64,000 bases of DNA from Candidatus Hydrogenedentota bacterium (GCA_963668025.2 CAXXTH010000010.1:736001-800000); one strand, 5' to 3'; positions 40,034-50,448 are shown, numbered from the stretch's first letter. Made by a program: numbers and translations. The notes: generated from the sequence alone by a model not told the origin.

Positions 40034-40386
40034 GGGTTTGTATTTCCAGGTAACGAAATACTCATTTTTAGCATTGCTTGCTTAATATCATTCTGGAATA
40101 AATGGGAATACCGCATGGTCATGGCCAGGGATGTATGGCCAAGCACCGCGCCGATCTGTTGGAGGGTCATTCCCGAACTTGCCATCAGACTTGCAGCGGT
40201 ATGCCTAAGATCGTGAATTCTACAATCTTGAATATTCGCCCGCCTTATCGCCCACAACCATGCATGGCGGTATGTTTGATATGATCCCGGAAAGATTTTG
40301 CCCTCTTGTCCATCTTGGGCACGCTTACTCAATACTTCCATAGCGAGATCTATAAGTGGAACATCACGCCCACGATTAGATTTTTC

Positions 40387-41914
40387 GTAACACTTTAGCC
40401 GACTGAAGTGTTTTCCGGTGGCAGGGGAGGCAATTGGCCGGTGTTGAGGTAGTGGACCAGGGCGTTGCAGACGGTGCAGACGGGGTTTTGCCCGCGTTTT
40501 TTCAAAGTAAAGAAGACGCTCATGAGCACCGCTTGTATGGCGGCTCCTTGGTCGCTGCGGTTGCAGTAACTGTTTTTGCGCAGGATAACGGCAGGACGGA
40601 TGGAGCGTTCCGCCAAGTTGTTGTCGAAGGGAACATCTGATTGGCCGAGAAAAGTGAAGAGTTCATCCTGGTGTCGGCGCAGCCTTTTTATGAGGCGCTT
40701 GGCGTTGGCGTCCTCCCAGGGCGTATCGCACAAGTCCCGCAAGCGCCGGGCGAAGCGCGCGCGGCGCGAGTCGTACGCCTCCGGTTCGAGCTCGCCGCGC
40801 CGCCGCCACAGCCGGATGGCGTCGGCAATCAGGCGGCGCAGCTTTTTGGCGAAGGCGGGCCAGGCCGGGCTGGGCGATTTGTATTTCTCCACGTGCTCGA
40901 GTTCGCGCAACAAATGCACGAGGCACTTCTGCCGGGCGGCGCACGCCACGGCGTTGTACGCGGCCCAGAAGTCGGCCACCAGCGTTCCGGCGAATTCCCG
41001 CGTGAAGAACTGCTGGAGCGCCGGACTCCCCCGCGAATGGTCGATCAGGAAAAAGCTCAGCCCTTTGGTGGCGAAACACCACAGCCATCGGGTCTTGCCA
41101 TTCACGCGCCAGCCGGTCTCGTCGGCGTTGAGCACCGCCGAGTCCAGCGCTTCCTGGTGAATGGCCTCGTACCAAGGCAGGAGAATCTCCGCCAGCCTGC
41201 GCCACATGTGCAGCAGCCCGCCCGGCGTGACCTGGAAAAGCAGGTGGAAATCGAAGACCTCCACGATTTGCGAAAGCGTGTTGCCCAACACATAGTGCAG
41301 CCACGCGCTGAGGACCAGCACCCGGTTGCCCAGGGTCGCGCCCGGCAAGGCCGCCGCCACAACCGGCTCGACTTTCTTCTTGCATCGCGGACACCAGTCG
41401 CGGTGAATGGTATGCTCGGTGATTTCCGGACGGATGCCTTCGGGTATGTCTTCGGTGTAGCGCGTGCGGGTCTCCGCGCGGCGGTCCAGCGGCCCGCCGC
41501 AGTCGGGACACACCTTGGTGCGGTGTGTTTCACGCCGGTCGATACGTTCGGGCGGCACGCGCCGGCTGCCGGGGTGGCCCATCTTGCGTCCCGGCTTTTT
41601 CTTGCCGCGCACAGGCGTCTGGGGTTTCCCGTAAACTGGCTGCATGCCCGAAGGGGTGGAGGGCGTTTGGTGGGAAGTGAACGCCGCCTCGGCCTGCTGC
41701 TCCGACAGCAGCTTGGATTGCGCCAACAGGGCAAACACCACGGCATCTTCGCCCAATGCGTAGATCGCTCGGGCTTGCTCCTCCGAGAGCAGCGGTCCCA
41801 ATGGAATGCCACTTATTGCCGTCGCCATGGCGTCTTGGCCCAAAACCACAACATCTTGTAACTATATTATACCGAAACGCTACTTATAGTTGCGCCAGAC
41901 GGCTAAAGTGTTAC
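40387..41914 (-). mobile_element. Single-ORF IS66 family element (ISBst12-like)
   Basis: IR GTAACACTTTAGCCG / CGGCTAAAGTGTTAC; 8-bp target duplication GATTTTTC. Confidence 0.95.
40395..41849 (-). CDS. IS66 transposase
   Basis: CPDCG zinc finger, ADETGW, QKCLVHLLR, DNNLAERSIRP. Confidence 0.95.
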   Translation of the reverse strand: MVLGQDAMATAISGIPLGPLLSEEQARAIYALGEDAVVFALLAQSKLLSEQQAEAAFTSHQTPSTPSGMQPVYGKPQTPVRGKKKPGRKMGHPGSRRVPPERIDRRETHRTKVCPDCGGPLDRRAETRTRYTEDIPEGIRPEITEHTIHRDWCPRCKKKVEPVVAAALPGATLGNRVLVLSAWLHYVLGNTLSQIVEVFDFHLLFQVTPGGLLHMWRRLAEILLPWYEAIHQEALDSAVLNADETGWRVNGKTRWLWCFATKGLSFFLIDHSRGSPALQQFFTREFAGTLVADFWAAYNAVACAARQKCLVHLLRELEHVEKYKSPSPAWPAFAKKLRRLIADAIRLWRRRGELEPEAYDSRRARFARRLRDLCDTPWEDANAKRLIKRLRRHQDELFTFLGQSDVPFDNNLAERSIRPAVILRKNSYCNRSDQGAAIQAVLMSVFFTLKKRGQNPVCTVCNALVHYLNTGQLPPLPPENTSVG

Positions 41915-42731
41915 GATTTTTCCAATTCCGGGGGAATGGTTAGTATCCTCTGTTCTAAATTAATACGTTCCCATGTAAGTGTTATCAATTCCCCAAAACG
42001 GCAACCCGTAGAGACCGCCATGAGAATGAGATCCTCTAGGTTTTTGTTTTGCGATTCATGGCAAGCAACCCGTAAACGCTCCAGTTCATCTTGACTGAGA
42101 TATCTCCGCCGTCCTGGGTTCGGGCTTGGCTTTGAGACGTTATGCATGGGATTTGATTCTATGAGACCCCATTCCTTTGATGCCGTGGTAAAAACATGGG
42201 ATAGGGTTTGCAGGTATTGTCTTATCGTGGTGGGGGAGAAATCGCGGCCTTGCCTGTTCGTACCGTTTTGCAATTCTGTTCTGCAAGCAACAATATCAGA
42301 TGGACGCACAGAGCTGATTGTCATATGCCCTATTCGGGCTTGCCACCACCTAAGGTGCAGTTCTTGGGTCAATAGGACCGAAGGGCGTTTCATGTTTAAA
42401 ACTTCACGAATATACCGCTCAATGGCTTCAGACATTGTTGAAGCATGCACTTCAGCGCGGACTTCTCCGCTTATAATTTCTTGCTCTTTGGCGCGTGCCC
42501 AGTCTTTTGCATCCGTTAAGCGTCGAAATTGTTTGGAGCAACTGTGCCCATGCATGCGCACCCTAGCAAGGAAGCGTTTCTGCCCCTTTTTGGTTACGCG
42601 CTCTTCAAAATTGGCCATAAAAATAAACCCCGCTTTTTGTTAGTGTCACTTGCGTGCCACTTGGCTTATTGAAGCCCAAAAAGCGGGATTTGTCAAGACC
42701 ATGTAAGTCATTGACTTACAAGTATTTAAAT

Positions 42732-42807
42732 TGGTGAACGGGATGGGATTCGAACCCATGACCACCGGATTAAAAGTCCGATGCTCTACCAACTGAGCTA
42801 CCCGTCC
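42732..42807 (-). tRNA. trnK: tRNA-Lys (anticodon UUU)
   Basis: GGACGGGTAGCTCAGTTGGTAGAGCATCGGACTTTTAATCCGGTGGTCATGGGTTCGAATCCCATCCCGTTCACCA, 76 nt cloverleaf. Confidence 0.97.
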
Positions 42808-42959
42808 AATGGCGCAGATCTGCGCGGAAAGCGCATCCAAGCAGAAGCGCGTTAAGTTTAGTCGAAGCCTTTCGTAATGTCAAATAAACAGGCGCATTAT
42901 TTTTTGCATTCTGTTTGCACTATGATGGTTCACTATCTAGGTCCGACTGGGGCCGGGTG

Positions 42960-43700
42960 TTATGCTTCCTCGGGTTCTAGTTCAATTTCTAGATCGTAGG
43001 AGTAGGTGTGTTCCTTTTCCCGGGGACAAGCCGCCAGCCATTGCCCAGTTGGCGACACAATGCCTGAGGGGCAGTTCAAGGGGCCATTCATAGACGCGGC
43101 ATTCGCGGTGCAGATATGGCACCCGCTTTCGATTGCCCGCAATATCAGATTGGATTCATGATACGCCGCGTATATGGGTTTTGTCCCCGAATCGACGGAA
43201 TGAAACAGCACCTGGATGCCTTTTTGCCCCAGACGGGAAGAGAGATGGGGATCAGGGAAAATGCCTAAGCCTGGAGTGACCCACATATCGTTGCCAATGA
43301 GGCAGCCGAAGGCGAGTCCATGATGTCTGAACACGCGCAATTCTTCGCCCGGCTTGCAAAATTGCCGGTCGGCGTCCGTAGGCACGATTTTTTCGTGAGC
43401 GCCCAGCAGATTGCCTTCATGGGAAATGATGCGGGTTTGGATGTATGTCGCGCCATCCATGCGCCATCCCGTGCCGATAAAGGCGGTCACGTAACTCTGG
43501 CGGCATGCGGCGGAAATCTGCCGTAGCGCGGCATGCACGTTCTTTTCGCTGAATTCACTGTTTCGGCCTGATAAACTCATCTCGGGGAATAGGATATAAT
43601 CTGCATCCGTCTTCGTGATATGGTCTAAAATCTTGTGGAGGTTTTCGTCTAGTTTTGGGGAAACTGCCATTTGAACGCCGGTGATACGTACGGTTTGCAT
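42960..43700 (-). CDS. Carbon-nitrogen hydrolase (nitrilase) family protein, catalytic Cys apparently replaced
   Basis: LFPEMSLSG, HEK, LIGND, PSGIVSPTG; GGAGG RBS before 43700. Confidence 0.85.
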   Translation of the reverse strand: MQTVRITGVQMAVSPKLDENLHKILDHITKTDADYILFPEMSLSGRNSEFSEKNVHAALRQISAACRQSYVTAFIGTGWRMDGATYIQTRIISHEGNLLGAHEKIVPTDADRQFCKPGEELRVFRHHGLAFGCLIGNDMWVTPGLGIFPDPHLSSRLGQKGIQVLFHSVDSGTKPIYAAYHESNLILRAIESGCHICTANAASMNGPLNCPSGIVSPTGQWLAACPREKEHTYSYDLEIELEPEEA

Positions 43701-43809
43701 TGCCAGTACCTCCCGTGGTTGGACTGTCGCCAGTTTGAGCATAGCATACTTCCTCAATGGATAACGATTACCGGCGGCTCATGCTGTTGTAACAATTGGG
43801 AAACGAAAA

Positions 43810-44679
43810 ATGAATGTGCGGATCATCGCTAATCCCGTGTCGGGAGCGGGGCGGGGCCTCAAGCGGGCGGATGCGCTATATGCGGCGCTCAAAGCGCGTG
43901 GAGCATCCGCTGAACGCTTTATCACCTCGGAGCGGGGCGAAGCACAAGCCGAGGCGGCGCGTCCAGGGGCTGATTATGTTGTCGCCGTAGGCGGCGATGG
44001 CAGCGCGAATGAAGTAGCCAATGGCCTTCGCGGGAGCGGCGCCACTCTAGCCATTCTGCCCATTGGCACCGCCAATGTAGTGGCGCGCGAGCTGCGCACT
44101 CCGTGGAATCCGGAAAAGCTCGCGGACCTTATCATGTCGGGGCGGACGCGGCTGCTCGATACCGGCGAAGTGAACGGACGCATCTTCCTGCAAAGCGGAG
44201 GCGCGGGCCTGGATGCGGCGGTGGTGGCGCGGGTGCATGCGCGGCGCGGCAAGCGGATGGGTTATTGGCGGTATGTGCAGCCCATACTGCAAACCGTCTG
44301 GACGTATCGTTTTCCTCCTATCCGCGTGCTGGTGGACGGTTCGCTATTCTGCGAAGACGCCGGATACGCCGTGGCGGGCAACTGCCGGTTTTCGGCGGGA
44401 GCGTTTCCGCTTACCCCCGAGGCGCGTTTCGACGATGGGCTTCTGGATGTGTGCGTGTTTCGGGGGCTTGCGCTCCCACGCATCGCCAAACTGGCTATTG
44501 CATCTTGGATGCCTGGATTTGCCCAGCGCCGCGATGTGCTTTACATCAAGGCGCGGCATATCGTCTTTGAGCCCGCATCTGGCGCGCCCGTTCCTTTTCA
44601 GATCGATGGCGATCCCTCGGGCTTGCTGCCGGCCACGTTTGAAGTGCGGCCCGCTTCCCTGCGCGTCGCAGCGCCATAA
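43810..44679 (+). CDS. Diacylglycerol/lipid kinase family (YegS-like)
   Basis: NPVSG, GGDGS, PIGTAN, DDGLLDV, QIDGD. Confidence 0.92.
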   Translation: MNVRIIANPVSGAGRGLKRADALYAALKARGASAERFITSERGEAQAEAARPGADYVVAVGGDGSANEVANGLRGSGATLAILPIGTANVVARELRTPWNPEKLADLIMSGRTRLLDTGEVNGRIFLQSGGAGLDAAVVARVHARRGKRMGYWRYVQPILQTVWTYRFPPIRVLVDGSLFCEDAGYAVAGNCRFSAGAFPLTPEARFDDGLLDVCVFRGLALPRIAKLAIASWMPGFAQRRDVLYIKARHIVFEPASGAPVPFQIDGDPSGLLPATFEVRPASLRVAAP

Positions 44680-44693
44680 ATCAGAATACGGCG

Positions 44694-45818
44694 CTAAACG
44701 GCGGGCGCAAGGGCTTCATGGGCTTCCTTGAGCTGTTTTATCACGGCGATATGCTGCGGGCATTTCGACATGCACTGGCCGCATTCGGTGCATGCGGTCG
44801 AAGCGAGGTTATTCTCTTGCTGGTCTTTCAACAATTGGCCGTAAACAGCCCGCGAATGCTCCCATAAGCCGTATACTTTCGCCTGGTTGTATAGGGCGAA
44901 GATATGCGGAATGTTCACGCCATGGGGGCACGGCATACAATAATTGCAGCCTGTGCAATAGAGGTCCGCCATGCGCTTTAGGCGTTCTAGATGCTGGCGG
45001 ATGGCTTCCCGATGCCCGGCGTTGAGCGGAACCGGGTCTTCGGATGTATCGAGATTCTCGGTGACATGCCGCATCTCGCTCATGCCAGAAAGGGCTACAT
45101 CGATATGGGGATTGGCCAGCACGAACCGCAACGCCAGCTCAGGCACGCGTGCGATGCCCGGCGCTACGCCGGATAACACCTCGTTCGGCGCGCCCAGGCG
45201 GCCGCCGCCAACTGGCCCCATGGCCACGATGCCGATGCCTTTTTCATGCGCGAGCGCGATGCTCTCCTCGAGCTGGCGGTCGAGCAAATTATATTGCAGC
45301 GTGATCACCTCCGGATATCCCGTCTCGATGATTTTCTTCAGGGCCGCGTTGTTATCATGGAAAGAAATGCAAATATGGCGGACAAGGCCCTGATCCCGGG
45401 CCTTCTCCATCCATTTCGACACACGCGGGAGCACCTGATTGAAAAAAGAATCCTCATTTACGCCATGGTGGTTGTAGATATCGAGATAATCCACTTGAAG
45501 GAATTTCAGGCTGTCCTCGAGAAGCTCCCACCAATCTTCCTCATGCTCTCCGAGATAGTGGTTCTTCGTCGAAACAATCACTTTGTCACGCCAGCCTTTG
45601 AGCGCATCGCCCACGGCGCGCTGGCTATCCGCATTGCAATAAAACACTGCTGAATCGATGTAATTGACGCCGCGTTCAAAGGCAGCATGGATCATCTGAG
45701 TCGATTTTTCGCGGTCCACCCGCGCATCCGCGCCTTGTCCTATCATGGGGAGCCGCATCGCCCCAAATCCCAGCCGCGATACCTTCAGTCCTGTCTTGCC
45801 AAGCATGGTGTATTGCAC
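44694..45818 (-). CDS. Aldo/keto reductase with C-terminal 4Fe-4S domain
   Basis: LGFGAMRLP, CTGCNYCMPCP, CTECGQCMSKCPQ. Confidence 0.92.
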   Translation of the reverse strand: MQYTMLGKTGLKVSRLGFGAMRLPMIGQGADARVDREKSTQMIHAAFERGVNYIDSAVFYCNADSQRAVGDALKGWRDKVIVSTKNHYLGEHEEDWWELLEDSLKFLQVDYLDIYNHHGVNEDSFFNQVLPRVSKWMEKARDQGLVRHICISFHDNNAALKKIIETGYPEVITLQYNLLDRQLEESIALAHEKGIGIVAMGPVGGGRLGAPNEVLSGVAPGIARVPELALRFVLANPHIDVALSGMSEMRHVTENLDTSEDPVPLNAGHREAIRQHLERLKRMADLYCTGCNYCMPCPHGVNIPHIFALYNQAKVYGLWEHSRAVYGQLLKDQQENNLASTACTECGQCMSKCPQHIAVIKQLKEAHEALAPAV

Positions 45819-46231
45819 GTAATCTCTCCCTATTCATGCTACTATCTGGAAAAAAAAACTTTCTTTGTAACGATTCGCGGCGCAAATAAAGTCACATCAA
45901 ATACTTGCATATATCTGCTCTTTGCATGGCGTTTTGCTTAAGTCTTGCGCATCGCATGGGCGAGACGCCCATGCTACGAGAGTTGTAAAACATTTTAGAA
46001 GATATACTCGAACTACTAACAAACAAAATCTTGTTTTCTTGCATGTATTTCTGTGTAAGTCAAATATAATCAAATTGTTATGACACACGTTTTTAATGGT
46101 GTTTTGGTTAGCTTTTCCTTTGACTGGTGGGGCAAGCCCCACCCTACGCTTCAAATTTTAGTGTATTTAGTGGTTAAATCTGGATTTCTGGTTGCGGCTA
46201 CGCTGCGCCGTGTTATTTGTATACAAACAAT

Positions 46232-46993
46232 CTAGCCGAACAAATATTCCATCGTGGGAGTGATTGATATGACCGTGATTACGGCATTATTCTTAATCAC
46301 AAACTCGCTTAAACCCACGTGGGAGCATGAATTGCCCCAGTCATACGTGTAGCCCAGCCGGGTCCACGGCCAATCGTTATTCTCGATCTGCCATTGAACC
46401 CATTCTTTGTGCTCCTGGCTGATTTGCATGGCATCATTATCCAATGGAAAATCCAGCTCCGCCTCGTGGTCGGTCACTTCCGGATCAGGGCTAGGCCGGA
46501 ACAGGTCTTGAGGCTCGACCCAAAATTCTACAAACCAAACCCGATTAGTGGTATGTGGCATTCCCAAAAGCTGTTTCAGGCGCAATTCCGCATTCCCGGT
46601 ATTCAATAGAGGATGCTGTTGCACCCAGTTTTGCACTTCCGGCGCGGCAGTCACCCATAGATCCACGGCGGGCTGGTATTTGCCGTCATACCGCGCCGTA
46701 TAGGATTTTCCCACGACATACCCGGAGTAGCTGGTCCATGTCACCATTTTCACACGCGAGCCGCCTGGTTCGCCTTCCCATACCAAATCCGGAGTGTATT
46801 TGGTGATAGCGGTTAAGTCACGGCAGATTTCCGCTGGTTGGGGATCCTGGGCGTCCGCGACCGCCGCATCGAATGCCGCCAGCAAATCCTCCTCTGAAGG
46901 CTGCGTAACGGGCGGGCATGCGGCAAGCAGAATAGGAAGCAGCAAGGACGCCACGAACAGATGCGCGGTGCGATTTGAGATGAGCCGTCTCAT
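46232..46993 (-). CDS. Hypothetical lipoprotein
   Basis: Lipobox LAAC; RLKQLLG, DLFRPSPDPE, PWTRLGYTYDWG. Confidence 0.75.
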   Translation of the reverse strand: MRRLISNRTAHLFVASLLLPILLAACPPVTQPSEEDLLAAFDAAVADAQDPQPAEICRDLTAITKYTPDLVWEGEPGGSRVKMVTWTSYSGYVVGKSYTARYDGKYQPAVDLWVTAAPEVQNWVQQHPLLNTGNAELRLKQLLGMPHTTNRVWFVEFWVEPQDLFRPSPDPEVTDHEAELDFPLDNDAMQISQEHKEWVQWQIENNDWPWTRLGYTYDWGNSCSHVGLSEFVIKNNAVITVISITPTMEYLFG

Positions 46994-47437
46994 GGCAAGA
47001 CTCCTTTAGGTTGAGCAATCCAATGAGCAACGAATGCACGTATTATACGGGCCGGGTAGTCAAAAAAGAACTTGCGGGCGGGCCTGAGTCATGAAAGTGG
47101 GTTTGTAGCGTTTCGCAAGGAAATCGGTCACTTTTTTCGTAAATGGACGCATACATCGTACGTCTTCTCATAGAAAAGGCGCTTTATTGACTTCAAAATG
47201 GTTCACGATTGCCTGCATCCACCAGTTATGCCTGTTAGCCCGCTTTGCGCGGACTCTCCTTATCACACGGCTTCAACCGGGGCGAAAGCATCGCAAAAAC
47301 AAACTCAGAGCACGCTTTAACGCGGCTTCACAACTTGCTTCAGCATACACTCTTCCTGCTAAGGCAGTGCGAAAAGCCACACAAAAGCGCGCTATACACT
47401 GGTTTGTTTTAGCTCTCCACCTGGCGGAAGCCAGCGC

Positions 47438-48385
47438 CTAGCCTTGTGGTGGAACGGGCTGCGTTTTTGGCAATCGGTCTTGCTTTTTCTTTTCAAAGTC
47501 CGCCCGAATGCGGGCGATTTTGGCCAATAGCTCCGGCGCAGGCTCGATGGTGCGCAGGAGATGCGGATAATATCCCTCCCAATCTTTATATCCGGATTGT
47601 TTTGCTTTTTCGAGGCGCTGCTCGTACGGGAGATCCGTCATCATCAAGTCGAAGATCATCAGGAAAGGCTCGGAGAACTGCGTGAGTCCCGAATCGCCCT
47701 TGGTCACACTGATATAGTAATGTCTGGTTTTGAGTTCCCTAACTTGACTCTCATATTTACCTCGTATGTCTTGAAGCAATTCTTCGTTCGTGGGCTTGGG
47801 TGGGGGCGGCCAGTCGCCTAAGCCCCAGGAAATCGCCTCGCCATCCGCGGATACGATATCGAAACAGCCCTCATGGAAATACGCTGGATTATATCGCACT
47901 TTCCAATCCGCATCTTCCTGCTGGCTGGCTTTCTCGAGATCGGCCACCAATCGACGGGTGGCCTCTTCTTTGGGAAAATGCTGGATATAATACATTTCCT
48001 TGGCATTCCAAAACGCATGCGCCGCTTCACATTTGGTTTCGGGTTTGTAGAAGGTAATGGGATTGCCTCCATTCGGTGGTTCACTAGGATTCTCTTCGAT
48101 GAGCTCCGGATCCGGAATTGGCCAGTGTTCCCATGGAGTCGAGATCGGCTGGCCGTTCAAATACAGGTTCAAACCGCGCCGTTCCACGATATACGGTTCC
48201 GGCGCATAGGCGCCGTTCATGATGAGAACCGCCCCATCGCGGATCTCCGTCCTTTCTTGCCCAAACTCCTGGATGAGCCGTTGCTCGACCTCTAGGTTGA
48301 CTTCGACTTGTGGATAAGCAGATATTGAAATCAATATCGCAATTCCGAACATAAAAACTTGAGATAACATTTTTATATTGTACAT
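47438..48385 (-). CDS. Secreted hypothetical protein
   Basis: Signal peptide; GGAG RBS before ATG at 48385. Confidence 0.7.
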   Translation of the reverse strand: MYNIKMLSQVFMFGIAILISISAYPQVEVNLEVEQRLIQEFGQERTEIRDGAVLIMNGAYAPEPYIVERRGLNLYLNGQPISTPWEHWPIPDPELIEENPSEPPNGGNPITFYKPETKCEAAHAFWNAKEMYYIQHFPKEEATRRLVADLEKASQQEDADWKVRYNPAYFHEGCFDIVSADGEAISWGLGDWPPPPKPTNEELLQDIRGKYESQVRELKTRHYYISVTKGDSGLTQFSEPFLMIFDLMMTDLPYEQRLEKAKQSGYKDWEGYYPHLLRTIEPAPELLAKIARIRADFEKKKQDRLPKTQPVPPQG

Positions 48386-49355
48386 ATCTCTAAGTCTCCA
48401 CTTTGTTAAGTCTATAGATTGTAGCCAATATTTCACAGAATCATTAGTACCAAGGAAACAAAAAGTAATCCCCCAGTTTACCACCGTTTGGTGCAATTGC
48501 ATCTACATCACAGCTTTGGCCCCCTGGTGCTTTAATATAATCTCCATTTAGGTACACTAAAGCAAAGGGCCGAAGATATTCAGGGATATAATAATAGACC
48601 CATGAATATACCATTGAGCCAGAAACATTTTTGCGTTCAAAAAATGATCCGGTGGTACATTGAGGATCTAGCTCATAAAACCGATCATCGGTTGCTGAAC
48701 ATACACTATCAACTGTATGCATGTTATGAACGCAGTATACGTAATTTGGAACTACCCAGCCGCCAAAAATGTATGTGCTAACAATTGCCGGGCATAATGT
48801 GGTGGGTGGTGGAGTAGAAGGATACATGCGAAAATAACTAGAGTAACCTCCATAATTAAATGCAACATCAGCATATCGCCTATCTAGATCCGTTGAATAT
48901 GGATCTCGTCCATTCATTCTCTTTAATAGAAGCTTAACATCATTGCAAATTGATCCGTAAGTTGATCCATATACAAATCCAAATCCTACTCGACCTCCTA
49001 TGGATGAGAGTAGGGATTGCGTAAAATTTCCCTCTTCTGCGGACAAGCAGCTGCACGCAAATACAATAGAATCGTTCTCTGTGGTATGAGGTTGAGCATA
49101 AAGCTCAAACCATGTGCCGAAAACCAATACTCCCCATACCCTTGTTGATACACCATTTATCCAAATAATCCTTCTTCCTACTTGCATATACTGATTACCG
49201 ACTCCATTTGCAGCGTTTCGCCATGCCGTACAAGCTGCAAATCCAGCATCATTATATGTTAGGTTGAGAGCGAGTATGTTAGGCATACCTTCATTCATCC
49301 AACCATGCGCCATATGGCCAGTTATTCCAGCGAAACCATACAAATCGAAATTTAG

Positions 49356-50020
49356 TGCGACCTAGAAACCCACGTCCTTTGGACGTGGTCATAGGGCCTT
49401 TGGCTCAGCCTGTTTGAGCCCATCGGCATCCCCTACACTCGTGTTGTTCCGCAACACCGAGGAAGGAGATGCCAATGAGTCGTTTCCGCAAATTATCACA
49501 TGCGATATGGTATTGCCAATATCACATGGTATGGGTGCCCAAATACCGCTACCGGGTTTTGACGGGACCGGTGGGCAAGGAGGTCTACACCTGTATCCAA
49601 ATGTTCTGTGGGCAGCAAGGATGCGAGGTGCTCGAATTGAATGTACAGCCCGAGCACGTGCATTTGCTTGTGATGGTTCCGCCAAAGGTGTCGATATCGG
49701 ATCTGGCGGGCATTTTGAAGGGGCGTACGGCGATCCGGATATTCAAGCAGTTTCCGCATTTGAAAAAGAAGCCCTATTGGGGCAATCATTTCTGGGCACC
49801 TGGATATTGCGTGGATACCGTGGGGCTTAACGAAGAAATGATCCGCAAGTACGTGAAGTTCCAGGAAGAAGCGGAACGTCACGATGAACAGCTAAAATTG
49901 AAGTACTGAACCAAGCGGTGTTGCGGAACACAACCCACGCTTGCATCCTTTGGGTGCAAGCACTCAGCCACTCTCTGAGTGGCCAAAGCAAAGCCACGTC
50001 CTCTGGGCGTGGTTTTTTAC
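49356..50020 (+). mobile_element. IS200-like element, tnpA only, 665 bp
   Basis: Subterminal hairpins at both ends, no target duplication, inserted 3' of TTTAG (1-bp boundary ambiguity). Confidence 0.95.
49469..49909 (+). CDS. tnpA: IS200/IS605 Y1 HUH transposase
   Basis: YHMVWVPKYR, EHVHLL, FWAPGY, IRKYVKFQ. Confidence 0.96.
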   Translation: MPMSRFRKLSHAIWYCQYHMVWVPKYRYRVLTGPVGKEVYTCIQMFCGQQGCEVLELNVQPEHVHLLVMVPPKVSISDLAGILKGRTAIRIFKQFPHLKKKPYWGNHFWAPGYCVDTVGLNEEMIRKYVKFQEEAERHDEQLKLKY

Positions 50021-50448
50021 TCTTACACATTCATCAACATCTGTATCAAAATAGAGATCTCTTGATCTACTCATTACACTATAGCCCTGATCGTAACCAT
50101 CACTGGGGCCTTCAGGATTAACTGTATTAGCTATTAAAGTGTTACAAGTATCTTTAGAATATTGTTCAAAATAGATGGGCTCCCAAAACCTAATATAGTG
50201 ATCTTTAGGACACTCAGCAATGCCATGTGATTCATTTGACCAGAGCACGAGCAGGAACAATAGTGAGAAAACCGCGAAGTGCCGCATAGGAAAGTCCTCC
50301 ACATAGTTGCTACTTTCGTAAACGTATACCATGTGCGCCATGTATAGTGTGTAACAAGTTCGGTATTTTGTCAAGCACATTCTTCGAGCTTACCTCTAGA
50401 TGATGCGCTTCCTGAGCATCTGACAAGAAGCTTCCATCTCGAAAAGCA

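Larger units (their letters stand above)
39994..42618 (-). pseudogene. int: Tyrosine integrase interrupted by IS66
   Basis: Removing the IS and one duplication restores ELEKSNRGRDVPL in frame (about 362 aa); TGCRFGE, HDLRH, LGH, MRYSH motifs. Confidence 0.93.
30486..42777 (-). mobile_element. tRNA-Lys-integrated phage satellite-like element
   Basis: Flanked by att repeats; carries integrase, excisionase, AlpA-like, primase-helicase, capsid and tail-like genes. Confidence 0.88.
48444..50287 (-). pseudogene. AT-rich secreted protein gene split by IS200 (about 392 aa restored)
   Basis: Excising 49356..50020 gives in-frame DVDECVR|LNFDLYGFAG; signal peptide MRHFAVFSLL. Confidence 0.85.
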
